DNA of 64,000 nt, taken from Shigella phage ESh19. Positions within the stretch are counted from its first letter, which is position 1. Each line of letters begins with the position of its first letter. Shown one piece after another: positions 45,699-59,418 of the stretch. The stretch lies in sequence record ON528729. One strand, written 5' to 3'. The notes beneath the pieces are model-generated. The model saw only the letters and a program-made list of their open reading frames with translations, was not told the DNA's origin and searched no databases. The translations under genes were made by a program, and so were the position numbers.

Positions 45699-45706
45699 TT
45701 ATAAAT

Positions 45707-45722
45707 CCTCTTTCTAGGGGCT
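45707..45722 (-). other. hairpin GGGGCU-loop-AGCCCC between fibre genes
   Basis: GGGGCTGTGTAGCCCC; same stem as 8986/13847 hairpins. Confidence 0.4.
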
Positions 45723-45743
45723 GTGTAGCCCCTTATAAAATAA

Positions 45744-46919
45744 TTACGCAGTTCTCTTCCAAACATATACAACATAAGAAGGTTGCTCAATATTAAATGC
45801 TTGTCCAGCACCAAATGCACCAGTTGTACCTGAGTGAGTGTGCTCAGAAGATTGAACTGTCACAGTACCTGAGTGTCCATGTGAACCAATTGCAACGCTG
45901 TGTCCATGTGCTCCAATATACACACTGTGAGAGTGGTTACCACCAACTGAAGAGTTAACGTTGAAGGTATGTGTGTGAACCCCATCAAAGTCTGTATATG
46001 ACGCATTACCAACACCTGCATCAGCCGTTGCCGTAATAGCGTTTACACCACCCCTGTCGGAACCCCTCAATGGAATCCTGTGGCTGTGACTACCAGCACT
46101 GCTTACAGAACCATTAACGTTATGAGCGTGGCTTCCAGAGTCGTTTGTGGCCTTAGAACCATAATCAAAACTTGATGTGCTCTTAGTCCCATAGTCAAAG
46201 CTAGAAATTACTACTGTTGCATTATGGGAGTGTCCACCACCAGTTAGTAATACAGAGTGTGTGTGACTTGGAATGTTATTTTGTGTAAGTGTTACAGTAG
46301 CAGAACCAAATACTGATTCTACAGGTCTTGTATCTGTGTCATAACCAACAAGAGACCTTCCTTTAGAAACTAACTCCCAAGTACCACCACAAAGTAAATA
46401 TGTAGATGGGTTTGCAGGGTTAACTGACAAATGAATAGTACCAATTGGATAGCTATTCTGGATAGCTCTGTATAAAGCATTCACAGCTTTTGCAGTAGCG
46501 TACTTATCAGCATCTTCAGAGTAAGAGTTTGAGTATGTCCAGTTTTGAATATTAGACAAACCTACTTGAATCTTGTTAGTGTTGTGAGGGTTATTCTTGT
46601 CATTAATGTGATTTTGAATAAGGGCATTAACTTCATCACTTGATAGAATATTAAGGTTCTGTCTAGCCTCTTCAACACTAACCACGTCTGACAAGTTATT
46701 AGCAGCCACTAATTGGAGTGCGTTAACAACATTACCAAGTTCTACGTGAACCTTTGTAACACCGTGTGGGTTATTTCTTAAAGATGCGTGTGGAGCAAGT
46801 AATTGCTCAAGTGTGCATCGTTTATCCTCAATACCTTGCTTCAGGTGAAAGATATCACTTAAATCAATCGGTAATGAGGCTTGAGGCAATGCACTAATTT
46901 GAATTTCACCGACTGCCAT
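45744..46919 (-). CDS. tail fibre protein (short), paralogous C-terminal His-rich domain
   Basis: C-terminal HSH/HTH/HGH repeats and ending VWKRTA shared with 43323-45698 product. Confidence 0.7.
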   Translation of the reverse strand: MAVGEIQISALPQASLPIDLSDIFHLKQGIEDKRCTLEQLLAPHASLRNNPHGVTKVHVELGNVVNALQLVAANNLSDVVSVEEARQNLNILSSDEVNALIQNHINDKNNPHNTNKIQVGLSNIQNWTYSNSYSEDADKYATAKAVNALYRAIQNSYPIGTIHLSVNPANPSTYLLCGGTWELVSKGRSLVGYDTDTRPVESVFGSATVTLTQNNIPSHTHSVLLTGGGHSHNATVVISSFDYGTKSTSSFDYGSKATNDSGSHAHNVNGSVSSAGSHSHRIPLRGSDRGGVNAITATADAGVGNASYTDFDGVHTHTFNVNSSVGGNHSHSVYIGAHGHSVAIGSHGHSGTVTVQSSEHTHSGTTGAFGAGQAFNIEQPSYVVYVWKRTA

Positions 46920-46921
46920 TA

Positions 46922-47221
46922 TTAGCTCCCTTTATATTCGTATGTGTAAAGGTTAGTCGTGCTGGTGTGTGCAGTTCCTGTTACTGTGTCAATTAATTCC
47001 CAACCATTGGAAACTAAATCAGGTTGCTCCGTAGCAAATGAACGAACCTCTCCAACCGTACCATTTACTTTGTTAAGCAAATAGTTGATAATATAGTTAA
47101 ACCACTGACGACCCATAGGTTCACCCCTTAATAGGCCAGTGGCTTGAATTTCTGGAGGTGGTAAAACTTTAAGCTGGTTACCATCAGCATCAACTGTATC
47201 TGTAGACCATGAAAGAGACAT
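46922..47221 (-). CDS. hypothetical tail protein (99 aa)
   Basis: ORF between baseplate and fibre genes. Confidence 0.45.
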   Translation of the reverse strand: MSLSWSTDTVDADGNQLKVLPPPEIQATGLLRGEPMGRQWFNYIINYLLNKVNGTVGEVRSFATEQPDLVSNGWELIDTVTGTAHTSTTNLYTYEYKGS

Positions 47222-48078
47222 TATGAACTTCCTTCTTGTTGAGATTTATCTTTTCTGCCTTTGACGATTTGGGCGACTTCTGCCATAATCCCATAATCAC
47301 CACCTGCTACTGTTTCTTTACCAGCAATGAAATAGTCGTTGCTATTGTTTGTTTTGCTGACTTTTAAATAATCTTTACTGGTACTTCCACCAGTTTTATC
47401 CACTCTTACATAACCATCTCTTACACCTGCATCTGCAAAACTACCTAATTTGTTTGCTTCTAGAGAGCCACCTGTGTTATTCGTAATAAGACCCTTGTTA
47501 GTGTTTGTTACAAACCAGTTATTGTTCTCATCAGTGATTGCCAGAGATGAATCAGCAACCTCTACAGGAGTCCAAGCAGTACCATTTAAGGTAACATCTC
47601 TAAGGATAACTGCCGAACCAATAGTTGTTGCAGCAATCTTAGAAAGTGTGTATGCTGTATCTAACACGTTATTACGAGTGTTTACACGGACAACGATTCC
47701 ACCAGTCATTGGTGTAATGTGCTCAAAAATCTGACTGAATGATGCGTTGTAAAGGGTCATAACAGCCCTTTGTAAGAAGTTTGGTGTGGTGTCAGAACGT
47801 CTTAAGAAAATTTGAATGTAGAGGATAGCTCTGTAAGTGTCATCATCAGCACCAATAGGTCTAGGGACTTTAATCAAAGCCCCAATGTTATCAAGTTGTG
47901 TGCCAACACCTACACGAATATTTCTTTCAGTATATAACTGGTTACTGATATCCTCTAATAATTGTAACTCATCTGTGATAGATTTCAATAGACTTGTGTA
48001 AATAAACTTATCTTTGAATTGAGTTACAGTTCTTTCGTCCAATGTTTTCTCATAAAAGTTTTCAATCTTTTTAAACAT
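47221..48078 (-). CDS. baseplate protein (P2 gpI-like by synteny)
   Basis: follows J-like gene; start set to ATG 48078 with AAGGAG SD. Confidence 0.45.
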   Translation of the reverse strand: MFKKIENFYEKTLDERTVTQFKDKFIYTSLLKSITDELQLLEDISNQLYTERNIRVGVGTQLDNIGALIKVPRPIGADDDTYRAILYIQIFLRRSDTTPNFLQRAVMTLYNASFSQIFEHITPMTGGIVVRVNTRNNVLDTAYTLSKIAATTIGSAVILRDVTLNGTAWTPVEVADSSLAITDENNNWFVTNTNKGLITNNTGGSLEANKLGSFADAGVRDGYVRVDKTGGSTSKDYLKVSKTNNSNDYFIAGKETVAGGDYGIMAEVAQIVKGRKDKSQQEGSS

Positions 48079-48080
48079 TG

Positions 48081-49550
48081 TTACTCCTTGGTAATTGTAT
48101 ACTGTGAGCTTTCCCAAACAGTGTACTGGTCACCATCAATAGTGATTCTTGAAGTTGTGTACTGCCCCTCAGCAGGTGGAATTGCTTGGTTATTTGAAAG
48201 TGCAACCTTAATCTCGTTAATCTCGATACCTTGAATCACATCATAGATATGTCCATAGATTCTGTTAGGGATTACATCGTTACCAACTTTCAACGTTCTA
48301 CCATAGGCATTAATACCTTGAACAATTCTGTCATGAATATCCTGTTCAGGGATGTTAAGAGTTTCTTCATCGTAAAGAGAGTAAGTAACCTTGACAAAAA
48401 CATATTTAGGCATTGGTCTGCTAAAGTAAACATCATGAGGGAGAGAACCTAAGTCATATGCAGTCCCAAAGATTGAACCATATGGGCGAATACCAGCAGG
48501 TTTCGTGTCCCAGATTGCCTGTGCAATATTATCATTCTGACCACCAACTACAACAATCTTAAAAGACTTCGGAGGAAGACCATCAGCGTTTGTTGTCTCA
48601 GTATCATTTTCTACACCAGAAGCATCAGACACACCTTGCACTCTCTTGACAGCAGCTACAATAGCATCCAGAGTACCTACACCAGTAACAGCCAGAGATT
48701 CTAAGTAACGCTGTCTCAGTTCTGTGTCAGTTTCCTCATCACGACCTGTTGTCAAGTCATATCTGTTGAAAACACTATCAAGACCATCTACAGTTGTTTC
48801 AATCTCAATCAAGGTTCCTGCAAGAGTCTGGATAGCTCCAGTTTCATCTGCTACAACGTCACTGATTGAAGTAATCTTTGTAAATGTTAAGAATGTCGTT
48901 GCAGTAACAACCATAGGGTTAGTTCTGGCAATGATATCTCCAGTGTCTTTATAGATTCTTAGAACTGAGCCATCATTAATAACTTCAGCCTTTGCAATAA
49001 TACCACCATTGATAGCATCTGCAAGTTTCTGTAGCAATGTTGTAATGGTATCAGAGCTAGTCGGATGATATGAATACTCAATGTTGTCAATGATAATAAC
49101 ATAGTTTGCATCTGTTCGTAAAGAGTTAACTTCTAAGTTTGCCTCTACACAGTAAGATGGAGTCAGCGTGAAAGTTGACACAGGGTAAAAGATATTACCT
49201 GCTGTGCTTCTTAACCTTGTAGTGGCTGGTACAGGAGCACCAGAATTACCAGTGAACTCAGCTTGACCTCTTGTAGCCTGTGCCACATATCTGTATACAG
49301 CGTTCAAAGCTGTTACATCATCTAAACTGAATCCTTCAGCTTTGTCAATAGTACCACCGTCATAGATTTCTGACAAGATTTCATGAACGTCTGCAAGACC
49401 TCGGCAAACAGAAGCTAAGAATAACCCAAGTTCGCTATCTTCAGAAACATCAAGGTTTGGTGAGATATCTCTATACAGACTTGCTTTAACATCATCCAAG
49501 ATTTCTTGATATCTTTTTGTTTGTAAACCTGTAGTTGTTAATCCAGCCAT
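48081..49550 (-). CDS. baseplate J-like protein
   Basis: [10 protein letters not shown] block typical of baseplate J family; 489 aa. Confidence 0.55.
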   Translation of the reverse strand: MAGLTTTGLQTKRYQEILDDVKASLYRDISPNLDVSEDSELGLFLASVCRGLADVHEILSEIYDGGTIDKAEGFSLDDVTALNAVYRYVAQATRGQAEFTGNSGAPVPATTRLRSTAGNIFYPVSTFTLTPSYCVEANLEVNSLRTDANYVIIIDNIEYSYHPTSSDTITTLLQKLADAINGGIIAKAEVINDGSVLRIYKDTGDIIARTNPMVVTATTFLTFTKITSISDVVADETGAIQTLAGTLIEIETTVDGLDSVFNRYDLTTGRDEETDTELRQRYLESLAVTGVGTLDAIVAAVKRVQGVSDASGVENDTETTNADGLPPKSFKIVVVGGQNDNIAQAIWDTKPAGIRPYGSIFGTAYDLGSLPHDVYFSRPMPKYVFVKVTYSLYDEETLNIPEQDIHDRIVQGINAYGRTLKVGNDVIPNRIYGHIYDVIQGIEINEIKVALSNNQAIPPAEGQYTTSRITIDGDQYTVWESSQYTITKE

Positions 49551-49965
49551 TAAATGTTTACCTCTGTATTAATTTCAACATCGTCAGCAGTTGTCGTTGC
49601 ATTAAATCTTACTGACACTTTTCTCATTGCATTATCCATTGTTGAAGAGTAGTTGTAGATGTTTGTTACATCTCTCGTTTCAACAAGGTAACCTTTCATA
49701 TAATTATCAAAAATAGAGGTCTTCTGCTTGAACTTAGCAAGCTGTAAATAAGGGAATCCAGCAGATGTATTAAAGAATACCTCTCCAGCCCTTAGAAGAC
49801 ACCTAATATGTAATCTTTGAGCTACCTGAGTAGCTTTATCGTCTTCTGGGATAATTCTAATCTGATTACCCGTAATTTTTAAATCTCCGTGAGCAACGTA
49901 TACAGAATCATTTCCTAATTTAGCTACGTAGTCACCACCAAGATTAATTGCAAAATCTGTTTTCA

Positions 49966-49966
<1 letters not shown>
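49550..49966 (-). CDS. baseplate wedge protein (gp25/gpW-like by size and synteny)
   Basis: 138 aa directly upstream of J-like gene. Confidence 0.45.
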
Positions 49967-52727
<2,761 letters not shown>

Positions 52728-52728
<1 letters not shown>

Positions 52729-54965
52729 TATTCATCCTCTGGGTAGCTAGAGTTTAACAGAATATCTTCCTGACTCTTATCAGTGATATCCACCATCTTA
52801 GTAGCAATCTGCTTACCATCCAGATTAAAGGAAACGTTAAGCGTCTGCTTAGTTTGCAATGGTAGTCCAGAGGGAGTCATCATCATAGGTGTCTGGTTAA
52901 ACTTGTTTGCAAAGTTATTTAGAGACTCAGACAGGTTGTTCATGATAATATCCCAATTTGACAAACCATTATCAACCCTCTGAATATTTCCAGAAGTGTC
53001 TGTGGTATATTGTGCAAACTGAAGTTGTCCATTCTGGTCAAAGAACATTGGACGTTTTGGATTAGTGATTCCTGAGATAGCTTCATTGAAAGGATTAGGT
53101 GTGTTAACCTCGTTAAATCTCTTTCCAGCATTCTTGTCAACTGAACCAGATAACATTAATGCAGAACCACCTACACCAAGAGCCATTCTGGTTGCTGATA
53201 CACCAGCCGTTGTAGCTGCTGTTTCTGCTGCTGTAGTTAACCCAAACTTCTGTGCAATCTTAGCTAAGATACCTTCTTCAAAAATACTCTTGACAAATGC
53301 TACAGTACCACCAAAGATTTTAGCAACTTTTGTAATAGCTGCAATTGAAACACCGATAGCGGTGAACGTAGCAACTAACTCAGCAGAGTCCTTGATTAGT
53401 TTCTGTTGACTAGCATCTAATTCCTTGAAATAACCCATTGAGGTGTAGTACAATGAAGAAATGCGGTACATGATATCTGTCACGAAATCTAGGAGGTTAC
53501 TAGCACCTTTTAAGAGGTAACCAATACCTGTACCAAGTGCTTCAGATGTACCAAGGGAACCTTGCAAGAACATTGCAACTGAGTTAGAGAGTTGTGAAAT
53601 ACCTTCGCTAGAGTTGTTAAACAAAGCTACAAGGGTGTTATCCCACATTGCCTTTGCTTGACCCATAGAGGTAGCTGTCTGCTTAGAAACTGCATTCATA
53701 CCACCTGCTGCTTCAACAAGCTCTCTCATTTTTTCTGAGACTTTTGGTAGAACGTCTTTTGCAAGAAGCTGACCATCTTTCATCATCTTGTCAAGTTCTT
53801 GTGGAGTTTTACCAATAGCATCAGCAAATAACTGAACAGCACCTGCCAAACGGTCACCTAACTGTCCACGAAGTTCTTCAGCCTGAATCTTACCTTTAGA
53901 TGCCATTTGCTGGAAAGCAACCATGATACCTTTCAAGTCTTCATCAGAAGCACCACGAATACGTGAGAACATAGCAGCATTCTTATAGAACTCTTGAGTT
54001 CCTTTAAAACCTAACTCTGGTTGAGCACCAGCAGCGAAGTTTGAGTACTGCTTCATAGTGTCTGTGTAGTTCTGACCAATCTGGTGAGAGAACGTAGCAG
54101 CGAACATTCTAGCTTGCTGTGTATCCCCTCCAAAGATAGCTGTTGAGGCTAACTGTGCAGACTGTCTCTTTACACCTGCATCAATAGTCTTCTGAGCTAA
54201 TTCCAGCATAGCATACGCTGAAACAAAACCACCTACAAGCTGTCTTAGTGAAGAGTTTGCTCTGTCTTGTAACCAAGCTGACTCTCTGACTGCCTTAAGT
54301 CTAGCATTTTCTGCAATAACCCAACGTTTGGTAGTGTCAATGAGTTTCTTGACTTCCATCTCATACTCACCAACTTTACCACTACCTTTGTACTTATTAT
54401 AGATTCCTTGTAAGCTTCCTCTGAAGGAAGTAGCCATTTGGTTACCTTGTCCACCAATTGTTTCAAGACGACGAGTCAAACCAGAGTAGAAGTTGTTATT
54501 AAACATTCTTTCCATTTGTCTTTGAGCAATATCAGGTCTAACTCTAGGTGAACCACCACCTCCAACCGGAGGGATAGTATTACCACGGCCTCTACCAACT
54601 CCACCACGAACATTAACTTTACCTTCAACATTCATAGCTTGTCTTAGAGCCTTATTAATCTCTTTGGCTGTTTTCTTACCCTGTGTTTCTAATCTACGAA
54701 GTGATTTTACACCTTGTGAATCTAAATTCATAGCATTGTTTAGGGATTTATTGATTCTGCCTGAAGCAGTCTGAGCGTTTTTTACAAGTCTGTTTAGAGC
54801 GTCTTGTGAACTTCTATTAGGCTTCACATCAAAGGCTTTATTGATATTGCGTTCAATACGTTGAGCAGACTGCATAGCCATTTTCTCAACTCTTTGCAAA
54901 CCCTTAATAACCTTTTCACTGAATCCAAGTTCAACAATAAAACTATCAACTGTATATTGTGCCAT
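52728..54965 (-). CDS. tail tape measure protein
   Basis: 745 aa, Gly/Ala-rich hydrophobic segments, preceded by chaperone pair. Confidence 0.7.
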
Positions 54966-55192
54966 TAAATTTTACCTGCTTTTCTGAGTTCGTTGTAAGC
55001 CATTTCTTCTTTATATGACTTCTGGATTTCTAAATATTGACGTAGAGATAATAAATCAACGAAGGTCATATCAAAAAGTTGGTTGAGTGTTTCTTTACAC
55101 CCATCCATACCATAAATAGCAAGCACAAATTTCATCTCATCTGCTTCATCATAAGTTGCCTTTACAGCCCCGTCAGTCAGCGGGGTCTGCAT
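54965..55192 (-). CDS. tail assembly chaperone, frameshift extension ORF
   Basis: -1 frame relative to 55201-55602 ORF; frame open upstream across slippery heptamer. Confidence 0.5.
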   Translation of the reverse strand: MQTPLTDGAVKATYDEADEMKFVLAIYGMDGCKETLNQLFDMTFVDLLSLRQYLEIQKSYKEEMAYNELRKAGKI

Positions 55193-55200
55193 AGAATAAC

Positions 55201-55602
55201 TTAAGCTTCCTGTTGAGAAGTTAGGCTTTTGAAAATGCTTGCCTCGAAAAAACTTCCGAAGTTTGCCTCCAAAGCAAAAGCTAAAAAGTCAATAAATTCA
55301 CCGTAGTTCGCTTGGAAGTAACTATCAATTTTCAGTGGGAAGTCATTAACTGTTGCCCCCTGAAATAGTGTCTCTGCCATTGCATCAATATCCAGTTCAT
55401 CAACCTTTTCAAAGCAAGCTTCTACAAGCTCTTTAAAGGGAACTTTCACCTCTCCATCTTTTGAGGTTAGTCCAGAGAACATCTGTGCAAATGCTGGTAC
55501 AACTGCTTTACCAAGCTTCATAGAGATACGGATACCATCTCTAGCTCCAAGAAGAATAATAGTTACCTTCTTGCCATTAATCATTTTAGTTTCAGTTTTC
55601 AT
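55201..55602 (-). CDS. tail assembly chaperone
   Basis: 133 aa immediately upstream of tape measure; contains T_TTT_TTC slippery site near 3' end. Confidence 0.55.
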   Translation of the reverse strand: MKTETKMINGKKVTIILLGARDGIRISMKLGKAVVPAFAQMFSGLTSKDGEVKVPFKELVEACFEKVDELDIDAMAETLFQGATVNDFPLKIDSYFQANYGEFIDFLAFALEANFGSFFEASIFKSLTSQQEA

Positions 55603-55639
55603 TGTGATTCCTTAAAAGTTCTGGTATAAAAACACAAAA

Positions 55640-55665
55640 GGGGAAGACCTTTTACAGTCTCCCCC
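55640..55665 (-). terminator. rho-independent terminator after tail tube gene
   Basis: GGGGGAGAC-UGUAAAAG-GUCUUCCCC + U-run on minus transcript. Confidence 0.5.
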
Positions 55666-55678
55666 TTATTAGGATTTG

Positions 55679-56125
55679 TTAAACGCTTGACGCAGGGATT
55701 GTTGAAGCGTAGTCTAACTTCTCACAACCGAAAATCCAAGTTTTAGAGTTCTGGTAACGTCCAAGTTCAATCTGTGGAAGCTCTTGCAACCAAGCATTGA
55801 TACCTGTAGCCAGTACTGAACCGGATGGGTCATAAATTACGAAGTTAGATGAAATGTCTTCTTCAAGTTCCATGTCATCTTGTTTAGCTTGAATTGCAGA
55901 AAGCATCTGGTTAGATAGAGAAGTCTGCATTAGCTCAATCTCAATCGTACCTGTCTTGTCTGCATTTCTTGTCAGAGCTACTTGACCACCTGCACCTACA
56001 ACTGGCGTAACAAGTGGAGAAGTTCTCTGAAGACGCAAGAATGAGTCTGGTGCAAAACCTTCAATGGCAATGCCATTCCAGCTACAAACTACATCTTTAG
56101 GGGAATATTGCTGATACATAGCCAT
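55679..56125 (-). CDS. tail tube protein (by synteny)
   Basis: 148 aa between sheath and chaperones. Confidence 0.45.
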   Translation of the reverse strand: MAMYQQYSPKDVVCSWNGIAIEGFAPDSFLRLQRTSPLVTPVVGAGGQVALTRNADKTGTIEIELMQTSLSNQMLSAIQAKQDDMELEEDISSNFVIYDPSGSVLATGINAWLQELPQIELGRYQNSKTWIFGCEKLDYASTIPASSV

Positions 56126-56139
56126 TCCTAATTACTCCT

Positions 56140-57492
56140 TTATTCGTAAGCCACTGTGCCTTTCAAGTCAACATCCAAGATAGCCCCTGCAAGAATACCG
56201 TGGAAGGTAACGTCTTTCAGGATACGTGCTTTCTTATCTGCCAATGCAACTTGTGAGGCTTTAGGAACAGTAACGGTGTAAGTTGACAAAAAGTTTCTGT
56301 TAACTGCTCGCTGAAGAGATGTTTCAATGACCTGACGAATACGGGTAATACCAGTATCATCATAAGTAATCTTACCACCCTTCTGATTAATTAGCAAGTC
56401 TCTCAGAGATGTTTTCAAATCAGATTCAAGCCAATCAACACCACGTACAATGTCAATCCATTCACCACCAGAAGTGATACCTCTGCGCACTACAGGAACC
56501 CCACCATCGAGGTCAATGAAGTTACAGCTACGAGTGTCTAAAGCTGACTTCTGAATGCTTGTCAGTGGTCTCTGGTTAGCGGGTTGTAGAGATGCTGCAA
56601 CACCAGTTAATTGAGCGTTACCCCAAGCAATTGAACCTGCATCGTATGGAGCGCCATATGCGATGTAAGCCATTTCTGGGTAGTCATACTCGGCTGTGTG
56701 ATGCCACAAGCAAACTGTACGAGTGTACTTGCTCTTAGCTAACTGTGCCGGAACATCTGTTGCAGAGGTCAAATCAGTGCCTTGCAGAGCCTTAACATCA
56801 GCATTAGCTGTGAAGAAAATCTTCTTACGAGCCTGAATCTCTGAAGCCATTGCCAAGACAAACTGTTGAGTTCTGTCTTCTGCTGAGATGAAGTACCAAT
56901 CTGTTGAATATGTTTCAATGGATGCCAGAGCAGCAGAAGCCGTGTCAGCAGTTGTTGCTGCAATAGATGTTGTAGGTGTAATAGACGTTACTTTTACGAA
57001 GTCATTATCACCAGCTTTAGTAATAATCATCGTCGCAGAAGCACCAGTACCTGTTACACTAACATTAACACCATCTTTAATTGTTGGGCTTGCTTCAATC
57101 TGTGATTTAAACTCATTCAAGACAATAAGTGCTGTGTCGCTTTCTTTTGCAGTGTACTGGAATGGCTGAGAAACACCACCACCAATAGCAACTGTCAATG
57201 AATATTCACTTCCTTCAGCCACTGTGTCGGGAATAGAAACAGTATATTGCATAGTTCTTCTACCAATATACAGTTGAGTTACTTTTGGAGTTTGGCTCCA
57301 TAGCTGTTTTGCAGCTTTATACGCAGCAGTACTTTCATCAAAGTCTTCAGCTACTTCTGTTAATGAAGTGTAACCACGGATTCTTTCTTCAAAGTTATCT
57401 GTTGAAGCAAGGAATAATGGTAAACCAAAACCTTCTCTTGTAGTTCCTGCTGTGTTCAATGTAATATCTACATTAACAATTGGATTCCACAT
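56140..57492 (-). CDS. tail sheath protein
   Basis: 450 aa, Ala/Thr-rich, positioned upstream of tube in contractile-tail order. Confidence 0.55.
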   Translation of the reverse strand: MWNPIVNVDITLNTAGTTREGFGLPLFLASTDNFEERIRGYTSLTEVAEDFDESTAAYKAAKQLWSQTPKVTQLYIGRRTMQYTVSIPDTVAEGSEYSLTVAIGGGVSQPFQYTAKESDTALIVLNEFKSQIEASPTIKDGVNVSVTGTGASATMIITKAGDNDFVKVTSITPTTSIAATTADTASAALASIETYSTDWYFISAEDRTQQFVLAMASEIQARKKIFFTANADVKALQGTDLTSATDVPAQLAKSKYTRTVCLWHHTAEYDYPEMAYIAYGAPYDAGSIAWGNAQLTGVAASLQPANQRPLTSIQKSALDTRSCNFIDLDGGVPVVRRGITSGGEWIDIVRGVDWLESDLKTSLRDLLINQKGGKITYDDTGITRIRQVIETSLQRAVNRNFLSTYTVTVPKASQVALADKKARILKDVTFHGILAGAILDVDLKGTVAYE

Positions 57493-58092
57493 TTATTTTA
57501 CCCCTTTGGAGTCTACATCTAGATGGATAGTATATTCTGGTGGCTCCTGTCCTTCCTCGTAAACCAATTCACCATCCACAATGATGCGCTCAATAATACT
57601 CCCACGCTCATCTTTTAATACTGAATTTTTTACAAGGGTTACAACAAGAGGTGCAGAATTTTCAAAATCTGTGTTGAGATAAGTATAATCATTTGGGATA
57701 GCCCCTGTATCAAGTACTGAAGCACCTGTCATGTCAGCTAGATAATCTCTTGTAGTACTCATCTCTAATCTTTGTTTTAGCTCAAGCATAATACTGTGAG
57801 CACCTTTACCATTTACAGTAATAAGTACAGGAATCTGAAAAGCAATTCTATAACAAACTACATCATCTTCCACGAACTTATCAAGAACCCAACCATAAGG
57901 TGTGGTAGCATCTTGACAGTATACTGTAATAAAAGGCTGGTCTGGTTTTAGACCTTTATCATTGGAATTATCTGAAGGGTAAGCCCTAATAACGTTTGGT
58001 CTGTTATTCTTGTCTCTCGCTAAACGGTGACCAATAACATCAACCAAAACTCGGACAATACCTTTCTCAAGTTCTGCTGTTTCTAACTGCAT
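57493..58092 (-). CDS. hypothetical head-tail joining protein (199 aa)
   Basis: ORF, synteny. Confidence 0.4.
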   Translation of the reverse strand: MQLETAELEKGIVRVLVDVIGHRLARDKNNRPNVIRAYPSDNSNDKGLKPDQPFITVYCQDATTPYGWVLDKFVEDDVVCYRIAFQIPVLITVNGKGAHSIMLELKQRLEMSTTRDYLADMTGASVLDTGAIPNDYTYLNTDFENSAPLVVTLVKNSVLKDERGSIIERIIVDGELVYEEGQEPPEYTIHLDVDSKGVK

Positions 58093-58468
58093 TCATCTTA
58101 TTCCTTCTAATAATGATATACTCATAATGGGATGTGTGAGCTAATTGTTCAGACCAATCCATTGTCATAAAGACTTCGTATTCGTGTCCCTTAATCATGA
58201 CAATATCAGCTTCAGTCCAATCAACATCATCAGACGTTCTTAACTCAGCTACAGTGAAAAGGATTCTTGTATCTGTCAGTCTGATACCTTCAGGTAAAAC
58301 AATCTGTGTACCATTCTTTACAGAACCCTTAATATAAGGTTGAATATTACCTTTACAGTTAATTGATACAATATCCTGTGAAGCTACCCAATCACCATCT
58401 TCATTGTAATAACCATCTTCAGATACCTTTCTTTTAACTACAAAGCTGTGTCTATTTAAGAGTCTCAT
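58067..58468 (-). CDS. hypothetical head-tail joining protein (133 aa)
   Basis: ORF, synteny. Confidence 0.4.
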   Translation of the reverse strand: MRLLNRHSFVVKRKVSEDGYYNEDGDWVASQDIVSINCKGNIQPYIKGSVKNGTQIVLPEGIRLTDTRILFTVAELRTSDDVDWTEADIVMIKGHEYEVFMTMDWSEQLAHTSHYEYIIIRRNKMNAVRNSRT

Positions 58469-58947
58469 TTTTTAATACCTTTCTTAGTAGAGATTTTATA
58501 AGCAAGGTTATCTCGTAAATCTCCAGTTTCCACAAGAGGGGCATTGAAGCCTTTCTTTTTAACTGTAGATGGAGCGTTAGGAGGCAATATAGCCGTATTA
58601 CCAAAACCTCTTTTAATTGCTTTCTGAGCACTCTTTGCAAATGCTTCTAAAGTATCTGAGGGGTCAGTATTAAGACTGTTTAATTGCTTATAGAGATTCT
58701 TCTTAGTCTGCTCTAACAAGGTCTGTCTGTGTAACATCATAGTAATTTCAAACAACCTACGATATACTTTACCTGAAGCTGCTGGTACACCAATAACTTC
58801 ATGCAAGTACATTAAAGCAGAGTAAGAAAAACCAGAGCTATGTTGACCTTGTTCCTGAAAATACCCAACTTGAGCATTAGCCGTATGCAAGTTCTTCATA
58901 GCCCCGACTAATTTAGCTCTAGCGGGGTGAATAACCCTTTTAACCAT
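58465..58947 (-). CDS. hypothetical head-tail joining protein (160 aa)
   Basis: ORF, synteny. Confidence 0.4.
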   Translation of the reverse strand: MVKRVIHPARAKLVGAMKNLHTANAQVGYFQEQGQHSSGFSYSALMYLHEVIGVPAASGKVYRRLFEITMMLHRQTLLEQTKKNLYKQLNSLNTDPSDTLEAFAKSAQKAIKRGFGNTAILPPNAPSTVKKKGFNAPLVETGDLRDNLAYKISTKKGIKK

Positions 58948-59396
58948 TATTCATCTCGCTCGATAATAAATACACCATTGACACGTTCACAGTAATCTCT
59001 ACCGTAGTATCTAACAGCATCGCCATATTCAGTATATTTCTTGACAGAGCAAGGATTTTGACGACGCATGTCAATATCACACTGGTTAATACCACCCGCA
59101 TAAGGGAGGCCACTAACAGAGCTTTTAACTAGGTCGTCATAGACAGCTTTCAGAGATTTGAATCTGGAAGAGTTTCGTAAATAAACACCACCAACTTTCT
59201 CATCTCCCATCTTGGCTACTTGAAAGAGTAAATATTTAAGAGCTTTGATGGCTGCTTTCTTTTCATCCTTTCCAGATTCTTGGTAGAACCACTCTAGAAC
59301 CGATTGGTCAATGAGGATTTCATTGTTGTCAGTATCGGTGCAGAGGATTCGAACTCTATCAAGAGGGTTATTAGCGGGGTCGCCTGTATAACACAT
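58947..59396 (-). CDS. hypothetical head completion protein (149 aa)
   Basis: ORF, synteny. Confidence 0.4.
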   Translation of the reverse strand: MCYTGDPANNPLDRVRILCTDTDNNEILIDQSVLEWFYQESGKDEKKAAIKALKYLLFQVAKMGDEKVGGVYLRNSSRFKSLKAVYDDLVKSSVSGLPYAGGINQCDIDMRRQNPCSVKKYTEYGDAVRYYGRDYCERVNGVFIIERDE

Positions 59397-59418
59397 TTAT
59401 AACCCTCCTTTCAAGTTA

